A stretch of DNA of 64,000 nucleotides from an uncultured Actinomycetes bacterium (GTDB taxonomy: Bacteria > Actinomycetota > Actinomycetes > Nanopelagicales > Nanopelagicaceae): assembly GCA_903843225.1 (NCBI GenBank), contig CAIMOX010000016.1, positions 39,358 to 103,357 of the forward strand. The letters are read 5' to 3'. Under the pieces are notes generated by a model, which made no database searches, was not told the DNA's origin, and saw nothing but the letters and a program-made list of their open reading frames with translations. The stretch's first letter is position 1, and each line of letters begins with the position of its first letter. The position numbers and the translations under genes are program-made. Positions 10,798-18,151 of this stretch are shown piece by piece.

Positions 10798-11839
10798 CGC
10801 TACCCTCCTTTACACTCTTATTTTTCACTCCCAATTTCTCACGCTTCTTTCGCGGCAAGATTCCATCGGGGCGAAGATTCATAATGACTACAAGGGTGAG
10901 TCCGAAGACGAGCTGGCGGGCATTTGAGATGAATCGGATGCGCTCTGGAAGGTAAGCGAGAATAACTCCACCAAGAATTACCCCCCAGATATTTCCCATT
11001 CCGCCAAAGACTACGCAGGCGAGAATCAATACTGAGACGTTGAAGGTAAATTCGTTAGGAGCGACATACTGAGTCTTCGATGCAAAGATCACGCCAGCGG
11101 CTCCGCCGATAGCAGCGCCGATCGAGAATGACCAGATTTTATACTTCAAAATCGGCACACCCATCAAGATTGCAACATCTTCATCTTGGCGAATCGCCTC
11201 CCAGGCACGGCCAGGGCGACGGACCGTGAATCGACGGACCATCCAGATCACAAGAAGAATCATGATCAGAACAACCCAGAAGTACGAGTTCGAGTGTTCG
11301 ATATCAAAGATCAAGCCAAAAGTTTTTGGTGGGGTTGGAATTGCAGCGATACCGGTTGATGCACCAAGTGATTGAGTATTAAGCGCCACGATTCGAACGA
11401 TCTCACCAAAGCCGAGAGTGACGATTGCAAGGTAGTCACCGCGCAGACGTAGCGTTGGAAGGCCAAGTGCCACACCGGCGACCATCGCTGCTGCCATTCC
11501 GATGGGAAGAATCTCCCACGTATTGAGAGAGGTGTATTCGCCAAGAAGTCCAGCGGTATAACCACCGATTGCAAAGAAGGCGACATACCCGAGGTCAAGA
11601 AGTCCTGACTTTCCGACCACAATATTGAGACCTAGCGCCATCAAGACAAACATGCCGACCGGATAAACCAAGACGGCTTGATATGAACTTACCGGTGTAT
11701 TGAGAAAGCTGGTGAAAGAGAAATTTCCTCCGAAAGGCAGAAGTCCCACGACAGCAATGAGAATGACTGCGAATGCAACGCGTTGCGGGCGACCCCAGTT
11801 CTCCCAGATCGCTGCACCTTTATCTCGTATATTAATCAT
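10790..11839 (-). CDS. livM: branched-chain amino acid ABC transporter permease
   Basis: 349-aa polytopic membrane protein in the LivM position of the operon. Confidence 0.88.
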   Translation of the reverse strand: MINIRDKGAAIWENWGRPQRVAFAVILIAVVGLLPFGGNFSFTSFLNTPVSSYQAVLVYPVGMFVLMALGLNIVVGKSGLLDLGYVAFFAIGGYTAGLLGEYTSLNTWEILPIGMAAAMVAGVALGLPTLRLRGDYLAIVTLGFGEIVRIVALNTQSLGASTGIAAIPTPPKTFGLIFDIEHSNSYFWVVLIMILLVIWMVRRFTVRRPGRAWEAIRQDEDVAILMGVPILKYKIWSFSIGAAIGGAAGVIFASKTQYVAPNEFTFNVSVLILACVVFGGMGNIWGVILGGVILAYLPERIRFISNARQLVFGLTLVVIMNLRPDGILPRKKREKLGVKNKSVKEGSDV

Positions 11840-11844
11840 CGCGG

Positions 11845-12798
11845 TTAGACCCTACTCTGCGTAATTGCTTCGCCAAAGAGACCATTGGGGCGAAGTAGAA
11901 GGACAAGAACGAGAACTGTAAAGACGGTGACAGATTTCCACTGCCCACCGATTACAGCTGAAGCAAATTCCTCAAAGAGTCCAAGGGTCAATCCCCCATA
12001 GAAAGCGCCACGGATATTTCCAATGCCACCCAGCACCGCTGCGGTGAAGGCAGCGAGACCGAGGTTAAAGCCAACGTTAAAGACTGTGGTCTCATAGACC
12101 TGCATATAAAAGAATGCTGCAGCGCCGGTAACTAGGCCGCCGATTAAGAAAGTCGCAGAGATGACTCGGTTGAGATTAATACCCATGAGCTTTGAAGTAT
12201 CTTCAGACATCGATACGGCGCGGATCGCCTTACCCAGAAGAGTTTTAGAGACAAAACGGTCGACAGCGACATAGAGCACGAGCGCTCCAACAATGACCAT
12301 CACCGTATCTACGCGGAGAGCAACTCCATGAAAGGTAGCGATATTAAATTTTGTGAGTAAACGTGGAGTCGGCACTGGCGCTGATTTTGTGACAATACGA
12401 ATTCCTTCAGAGAGAACAATTGAGGTGCCGATTGCCGAGATTAAGCTCGCAAGCCGGTTCGTTCCCTTGGCACGTAAGCGACGGTAGGCCACCAATTCAA
12501 CGAAGAGCGCTGTCACAGCTGAGAAAATCATGGAGACAACGAGGATCAGGAGTAAGACAAGTACAAGGTGGAGACCATGAAGTGCCTCGTGACCGCTTGT
12601 GTAGTGAAGCACCTGCTGAGTCACCACTACCGTCCCAAAGGTACCGATCATAAAGATCTCGGAGTTCGCGAAGTTAATGAGGCGAAGTACGCCATAGACC
12701 ATGGTGTAACCAAGGGAGATCAAGACATAGATCAATCCCACTGCCAGGCCATTGAGGAGTAACTGCCAGAACTGGCTCGTTACGACTGAAAAATTCAT
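11845..12798 (-). CDS. livH: branched-chain amino acid ABC transporter permease
   Basis: 317-aa polytopic membrane protein in the LivH position. Confidence 0.88.
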   Translation of the reverse strand: MNFSVVTSQFWQLLLNGLAVGLIYVLISLGYTMVYGVLRLINFANSEIFMIGTFGTVVVTQQVLHYTSGHEALHGLHLVLVLLLILVVSMIFSAVTALFVELVAYRRLRAKGTNRLASLISAIGTSIVLSEGIRIVTKSAPVPTPRLLTKFNIATFHGVALRVDTVMVIVGALVLYVAVDRFVSKTLLGKAIRAVSMSEDTSKLMGINLNRVISATFLIGGLVTGAAAFFYMQVYETTVFNVGFNLGLAAFTAAVLGGIGNIRGAFYGGLTLGLFEEFASAVIGGQWKSVTVFTVLVLVLLLRPNGLFGEAITQSRV

Positions 12799-12912
12799 CT
12801 CACTCTTCTCTTCTCGCTCGCTGCACCTCGGTCAACCTTGACGCAAGCTGCTGCGCTATCAGGGCACAATACTATTTCACAGAGGCGGTATCTCAAACCT
12901 CATGGAAGTGAA

Positions 12913-12953
12913 TCGGGGCCATATCTCTGCGAAGTGCAGCGATATGGCCCCGA
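12913..12953 (-). terminator. very stable intercistronic stem-loop between livK and livH
   Basis: TCGGGGCCATATC...GATATGGCCCCGA (13 bp) extended by an inner CTGC/GCAG pairing, lying in the 212-nt livK-livH gap. Confidence 0.5.
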
Positions 12954-13010
12954 CCCTTTACTTCAATCTATCTGCCTAGAGTATTCATCTAAGGACAATA
13001 GAGATGGGCC

Positions 13011-14180
13011 TTACTTAGCGCCTACGTAGGAGATAACTCCACCCTTGACGACGAAGCCACCGATTGGTGCTCCACCGACAACGTCACCGTAGCGACCGAA
13101 CTTCACATTTACGCCAGCCAAAGTTGAGAATGACTGGTTGTTGATGCAGTTCTGGATTGCTGCGCGAGTTGTTGCGCCGCCCTTAATACAAGTCAAGAAG
13201 ACATTTGTTGCATCATAGGTTGAGACCACGTAAACGTGTGAATCAGCCTTCGCTGCAGCTTCGCCTGTTGCCTTTGTATATGCAGCCTTCTGGGCAGCAT
13301 TTGAAACGAGTGAGAATGGTAGATCTGGAGCTGTGAGACGAACGCCTTCAGCTGCAGCTGCACCAGCACCGGTGATAAAACCAGTGTTGAGTGTGCCATC
13401 GCCTGATGCGATAACGCCTGTGTAACCTGAAAGCTTAAGTGCCTTTGCAAGCGCTGCAGCTTCTGGGTAGTAGCCAGCGTAGATGACTACGTTAGCGCCA
13501 GATGCCTTGATCTTTGAAACTTCTGAGGTGTAATCAGTTGTTCCCTTTGGCTGGTGGCTATAAGCAACTGGTGTGATGTTCTGTACCTTGAGCTGTGGAG
13601 CCAAGTACTGAACGAGACCTGTTGAGTATGACTGAAGATCATCAAGGACATAGACCTTAGGTGATGTAACACCCTCAGTTGCCCACTTGACGAGTGATGT
13701 TCCCTGGAGTGAATCTGGAGGAACGATACGGTGGAAGAATGGGAATCCATTGTCGCGTGCCTTTGGATCTGTCAATGTCACACGTGTTGCAGACATTGAG
13801 ACCATAGGAATGTGCGCTGCCTTGTAAGCAGGGAATGAAGCGATTGACGCGCCTGAGTAGGCAGGGCCAACGATTCCGACAACGTTCTTGTTTGTAGCAA
13901 TACCCTGTGAGACAGGACCAGCAACTGCTGGATCGCCCTGATCATCAGCCTTGATGATGTTTACCTTGACGGTTGGGTTTGTCTCGTTGTACATCTCTAC
14001 AGCTGTCAATGCACCATTGAGCTGGTCGCTACCTGTGAGGGCATCGGAACCAGTAAGTGGAGCCTGGAAGACGAGAGAAACTGACTTTGTACCTGCTGCA
14101 TCTGCTGATGTTGTAACAACACCAAACGAGAGCGCTGCGGCTGCGGCAATTGCAATGCTGCTCACTAGCTTCTTGTTCAT
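13011..14180 (-). CDS. livK: branched-chain amino acid ABC transporter substrate-binding protein
   Basis: Type I periplasmic binding-protein-like sequence. I place the start at ATG 14180 (MNKKLVSSIAIAAAAALSFG signal peptide, preceded by AAGAAAGG) rather than at the longest ORF start 14258. Confidence 0.88.
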   Translation of the reverse strand: MNKKLVSSIAIAAAAALSFGVVTTSADAAGTKSVSLVFQAPLTGSDALTGSDQLNGALTAVEMYNETNPTVKVNIIKADDQGDPAVAGPVSQGIATNKNVVGIVGPAYSGASIASFPAYKAAHIPMVSMSATRVTLTDPKARDNGFPFFHRIVPPDSLQGTSLVKWATEGVTSPKVYVLDDLQSYSTGLVQYLAPQLKVQNITPVAYSHQPKGTTDYTSEVSKIKASGANVVIYAGYYPEAAALAKALKLSGYTGVIASGDGTLNTGFITGAGAAAAEGVRLTAPDLPFSLVSNAAQKAAYTKATGEAAAKADSHVYVVSTYDATNVFLTCIKGGATTRAAIQNCINNQSFSTLAGVNVKFGRYGDVVGGAPIGGFVVKGGVISYVGAK

Positions 14181-14393
14181 GTGGACCTTTCTTACTAACC
14201 TGTTATTTCCCGGGACAGGGAGTAGGAAAGGGTAACTTGTTCTGGCTAAGTGAGACAACTTCGAAAGAGGATATTCCTCCCATTTTCGATATCATTTTCG
14301 TTACTTTTGCGCTCAAAGAACGCGAAGTGCTATCTGTAGATGGCAGGCAAGTGGCTCGCACTCACAAGCCCCATCGTCTCGCTATGTAGGATT

Positions 14394-15002
14394 TTAGTGT
14401 GCGCTATCTGGCACGGCATCAGGTGAGATCACGGCGAGCGAGACATCCTTCATGGAGATACGACGATCCATCGCTGCCCGTTGAATCCACGAGAAGGCCT
14501 CAGGTTCGCTCAGATTGAGGGCCTTCATCAAAATACCCTTAGCGCGATCGATCACCTTGCGGGTCTCAAGTCGCTCATGGAGATCTGCAACTTCCTCTGC
14601 CAGAGATTTCATCTGAGTGTGGCGACTCATCGCGATCTCGATCGCCGGAATGAGATCAGAGATACCAAATGGTTTTACGACATATGCCATCACGCCAGCG
14701 TCACGAGCGCGTTCGACCAATTCACGTTGACTAAAGGCTGTGAGCATCAAAACAGGGGCGATCTCAATAATTTTCTCCGCCGCTGAAATTCCATCGAGCT
14801 CCGGCATCTTCACATCAAGGATCGCTAAATCCGGGCGATGTTCTTGAGCAAGTGCGATCGCCTCGAGACCATTGGTTGCTTGGGCAACCACTGTGTAGCC
14901 GGCTTCAGTGAGCATCTCAACAAGGTCAAGGCGAATGATCGCCTCATCTTCAGCGACGAGAATTCGCGCGCCAGATAGAGCGGGGTTGTCGTGATCTGTC
15001 AT
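14394..15002 (-). CDS. pdtaR: response regulator with ANTAR RNA-binding output domain (PdtaR-like)
   Basis: 202 aa. Receiver domain (ILVAEDE...LAILDVKMP) plus C-terminal ANTAR (RKVIDRAKGILMKALNLSEPEAFSWIQRAAMDRRISM). Confidence 0.9.
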   Translation of the reverse strand: MTDHDNPALSGARILVAEDEAIIRLDLVEMLTEAGYTVVAQATNGLEAIALAQEHRPDLAILDVKMPELDGISAAEKIIEIAPVLMLTAFSQRELVERARDAGVMAYVVKPFGISDLIPAIEIAMSRHTQMKSLAEEVADLHERLETRKVIDRAKGILMKALNLSEPEAFSWIQRAAMDRRISMKDVSLAVISPDAVPDSAH

Positions 15003-15003
15003 G

Positions 15004-15076
15004 TGCCTCGAGTCGGATTTGAACCGACACTGTGCGGATTTTGAGTCCGCCCTCTCTACCGTTGGAGTACCGAGGC
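15004..15076 (-). tRNA. tRNA with anticodon CAA (Leu by anticodon) and a short 5-nt variable loop; only the first C of the CCA end is encoded
   Basis: Hand-folded cloverleaf: acceptor GCCTCGG/TCGAGGC, U8, D-loop AACGGTAG, anticodon stem GCGGA/TCCGC with loop CTCAAAA, variable ACAGT, T-arm GTCGG-TTCAAAT-CCGAC, A73. Confidence 0.8.
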
Positions 15077-15105
15077 CTTCACTCTTTACAGATAATTACG
15101 AACTA

Positions 15106-15132
15106 CGTCCGGAAGTTTATTACTCCCGGACG
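15106..15132 (-). terminator. stem-loop downstream of pyk (possible terminator or processing site)
   Basis: CGTCCGG...CCGGACG, 7 bp plus 2 more inner pairs, about 28 nt after the pyk stop. Followed on the minus strand by the moderately U-rich GUAGUUCGUAAUUAUCU. Confidence 0.3.
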
Positions 15133-15160
15133 GTAAATACCGAATCTGCGTAGAGGGAGG

Positions 15161-16603
15161 TTAGCTGCGGTAGGCCGGTGCGACCCCATCAACTGCATCA
15201 CCGATGATGTGGACACGCACTGCATTCGTTGAACCTGGAATTCCCGGAGGTGCCCCAGCTACGATCACAACCGTCTCCCCCTTTGTGCAACGGCGGGAAT
15301 CCAAGAGGAATGTGTCGACCTGCTTCACCATCTCATCTGTGTGGGAGACCATTGGTGTAATAAGTGGCTCTACTCCCCATGTGAGGGCCAACTGATTGTA
15401 TACATGCTCCTCTGGGGTCATAGCTAAGAGGCTGATTGGCGAACGAAAACGTGCGATACGTCGGGCTGACTCACCACTCTGCGTAAATGCAATGAGGTAT
15501 TTTGCATCGACGGTGGCACCGATTTCGGTTGCCGCCTTTGTAATGGCTCCGCCCTTGGTGGTTGGTGCATGTTGAATCGCTGGGATTCGGTCGAGCATCG
15601 CCTCTTCGGTGCGTTCGATGATGCGAGCCATTGTGGTGACAGCTTCGATAGCAAAAGCACCTACTGATGTTTCCCCTGAGAGCATCAGGGCATCCGCACC
15701 ATCAAGAACTGCGTTGGCGCAATCTGTTGCCTCGGCGCGCGTTGGCGATGAGTTTGAGATCATTGAATCTAACATTTGAGTAGCGACAATCACCGGCTTA
15801 GCTGCTTCGCGGCTAAGAGTGATGCAACGCTTCTGCACCAGTGGGACTTCTTCAATTGGCATCTCGACACCAAGATCTCCGCGAGCAACCATAATGCCAT
15901 CGAAGGCTGCGACAATCTCTTCAAGATTATCCACTGCTTGCGGCTTTTCAATCTTTGCAATAACGGGGCGACGGATACCAACTTCATCCATAATCGCATG
16001 AACATCGTCGATATCTTTTGCATCTCGTACAAATGAGAGGGCGATGAAATCAGCGCCAGCACGTAGGCCCCACCGAAGATCATCAATATCCTTTTCAGAC
16101 ATGGCCGGCACCGAGACTGCAACACCTGGGAGATTAATTCCCTTGTTGTTTGAGACAAAGCCTGGCTGTATTACCTTTGTGACAACATCGTTGCCCTTTA
16201 CTTCTACAACTTCTACCGAGACCTTGCCATCATCGATCAGGATTCGATCTCCGGGCTTGCAATCACCTGGTAGGCCTTTATAAGTCGTGCCGCAACGCTC
16301 CTTTGTTCCCTCGACCTCATCTGTGGTGATTGTGAAGATGTCACCACGCGCTAGTTCATGAGGTCCCGCTGCAAATCTGGCGAGACGAATCTTTGGACCC
16401 TGTAAGTCAACGAGGATTGCTACCGCTTTACCGCTCTTCTTGGCCGCCGCACGGACGCGATCAAGGCGAACTTGATGCTCCTCGTAGCCACCATGGGAGA
16501 GGTTGAGCCGAGCCATATTCATGCCTGCGGCAATGAGCTCCTCTACCTTCTCTGAGGATTCAACAGCAGGACCCATCGTGCATACAATCTTCGCTCTTCG
16601 CAT
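15161..16603 (-). CDS. pyk: pyruvate kinase
   Basis: 480 aa with MRRAKIVCTMGPA N-terminus and the MVARGDLGVE motif. Confidence 0.96.
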   Translation of the reverse strand: MRRAKIVCTMGPAVESSEKVEELIAAGMNMARLNLSHGGYEEHQVRLDRVRAAAKKSGKAVAILVDLQGPKIRLARFAAGPHELARGDIFTITTDEVEGTKERCGTTYKGLPGDCKPGDRILIDDGKVSVEVVEVKGNDVVTKVIQPGFVSNNKGINLPGVAVSVPAMSEKDIDDLRWGLRAGADFIALSFVRDAKDIDDVHAIMDEVGIRRPVIAKIEKPQAVDNLEEIVAAFDGIMVARGDLGVEMPIEEVPLVQKRCITLSREAAKPVIVATQMLDSMISNSSPTRAEATDCANAVLDGADALMLSGETSVGAFAIEAVTTMARIIERTEEAMLDRIPAIQHAPTTKGGAITKAATEIGATVDAKYLIAFTQSGESARRIARFRSPISLLAMTPEEHVYNQLALTWGVEPLITPMVSHTDEMVKQVDTFLLDSRRCTKGETVVIVAGAPPGIPGSTNAVRVHIIGDAVDGVAPAYRS

Positions 16604-16692
16604 AGTGCAACCTTAATCCATTACCTTGCGGTAATTATCATTTTTCAATTCAGTGAGATGGAATCTCTCTGAACTCTGGGATAACGCTAGAT

Positions 16693-18150
16693 CTAGACCA
16701 TTAATGGTCGAGTAGTGGGTTCGATTGGTGAAGGAAGTTGAGTTGCGCCTTCAAGGTATGAATCCACCGCGGCAGCACAACTTCGACCTTCGGCGATTGC
16801 CCAGACGATCAACGATTGTCCACGGCCAGCATCGCCAGCAACGAAGACTCCTTCAACGCTTGTTGCAAAGTCGCCATTGCGCTTAATGTTGCCACGCTCA
16901 TCCAAATCGACTTCGAGTTGGATCAAGAGTTCGCTCTTTTCAGGTCCGAGGAATCCCATCGCAAGGAAGACGAGATCGGCAGGAATCTCACGCTCTGATC
17001 CTTCAATCTTCTCAAATTTTCCATTGACGAACTCGGTTTCGACGAGTTGTAGCGCACGAAGATTTCCATCTCCATCCCCCAAGAACTTCTCAGTAGATAC
17101 CGCGTAGAGACGTTCGCCCGCTTCTTCATGAGCTGAGCTCACACGATAGATCATTGGGTAGGTAGGCCATGGTTGTGATGAAGGACGTTCTTGCGTTGGT
17201 CGCGGCATAATCTCAAGTTGAGTAACGCTCGCGGCGCCTTGGCGTATCGCTGTGCCGAGACAATCAGCGCCAGTATCTCCGCCGCCAAGAATCACGACAT
17301 GCTTACCAGCGGCGTTAATCGGCGGAGTTGAATCTAGTTCGCCTAAACCCTGCTTATTGCCCCACGGCAAATATTCCATCGCCTGATAGATCCCCTTGAG
17401 CTCACGACCAGGTGCGTTGAGATCGCGCCAATTGGTCGAGCCGACTGCCAAAACAACTGCGTCATACTTTGATCGCAACTGCTCGCCCGTAATATCGACA
17501 CCAACATTCACGCCCGACCTGAAGCGAGTTCCTTCGGCCTCCATCTGCGCAAGACGACGATCAACGATCGACTTCTCCATCTTGAATTCTGGAATTCCGT
17601 ACCGAAGCAATCCACCGATTCGGTTTGCACGCTCGTAGACCGCAACCGTATGTCCTGCGCGTGTGAGTTGCTGCGCTGCGGCCAGTCCCGCTGGACCGGA
17701 ACCAATCACCGCGACCGTCTTGCCCGTTAAGCGTTCGGATGGCAGTGGCTTTACTGTGCCCATGTCGAAGGCTTCTTCAATGGTACGAAGTTCGATCTGC
17801 TTGATAGTGACAGCATCAGCATTAATGCCGACGACGCAGGCAGTCTCACATGGTGCTGGGCAGAGTCTGCCGGTGAATTCCGGGAAGTTATTTGTGGCAT
17901 GCAACCGATCGATCGCCTCTGCCTTCTCACCCCGCCAAATAAGGTCGTTCCACTCCGGGATTAAATTGCCGAGCGGGCAACCGTTATGGCAGAAAGGAAT
18001 TCCGCAATCCATGCAGCGACCAGCTTGTTTCTGCAGGTCGGTAAAGTCTTGTGGTTCGTAGACCTCTCTCCAGTCCTTGATGCGAACATCGACAGGACGA
18101 CGCTTGGGAACCTCCCGTGGAGTAGTAAGAAAACCCTTTGGATCGGCCAT
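16693..18150 (-). CDS. gltD: glutamate synthase small subunit (NADPH)
   Basis: 485 aa. Fe-S Cys cluster CMDCGIPFC...GCP and FAD/NAD fold VIGSGPAGLAAA. Immediately downstream of gltB. Confidence 0.95.
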   Translation of the reverse strand: MADPKGFLTTPREVPKRRPVDVRIKDWREVYEPQDFTDLQKQAGRCMDCGIPFCHNGCPLGNLIPEWNDLIWRGEKAEAIDRLHATNNFPEFTGRLCPAPCETACVVGINADAVTIKQIELRTIEEAFDMGTVKPLPSERLTGKTVAVIGSGPAGLAAAQQLTRAGHTVAVYERANRIGGLLRYGIPEFKMEKSIVDRRLAQMEAEGTRFRSGVNVGVDITGEQLRSKYDAVVLAVGSTNWRDLNAPGRELKGIYQAMEYLPWGNKQGLGELDSTPPINAAGKHVVILGGGDTGADCLGTAIRQGAASVTQLEIMPRPTQERPSSQPWPTYPMIYRVSSAHEEAGERLYAVSTEKFLGDGDGNLRALQLVETEFVNGKFEKIEGSEREIPADLVFLAMGFLGPEKSELLIQLEVDLDERGNIKRNGDFATSVEGVFVAGDAGRGQSLIVWAIAEGRSCAAAVDSYLEGATQLPSPIEPTTRPLMV

Positions 18151-18151
18151 G

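Noticed and set aside
14339-14375. Canonical ANTAR dual-hexaloop target in the livK leader.
   Set aside because: The one clean hexaloop hairpin has loop UGAGUG (G at position 4 but U, not A, at position 1), and I found no properly spaced second hexaloop hairpin. It does not meet the published consensus as I remember it, so it is reported only as a hypothesis.
15003-15077. Plus-strand reading of the tRNA region as tRNA-Gln, since the loop TTTTGAG gives anticodon TTG.
   Set aside because: On the plus strand there is no GG in the D-loop and no GTTCRANNC T-loop. The minus strand has a canonical GGTTCAAATCC T-arm, U8, A14, GG and A73, so the plus-strand fold is just the mirror image.
16620-16671. 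Two small hairpins in the gltD-pyk spacer: AUUACC-GCAA-GGUAAU with a GNRA loop, and CAGAGAGAU-UCC-AUCUCACUG.
   Set aside because: On the transcribed minus strand they are followed by A-rich rather than U-rich sequence, and they are short. I cannot tell whether they are a terminator, part of the pyk 5' UTR or chance.
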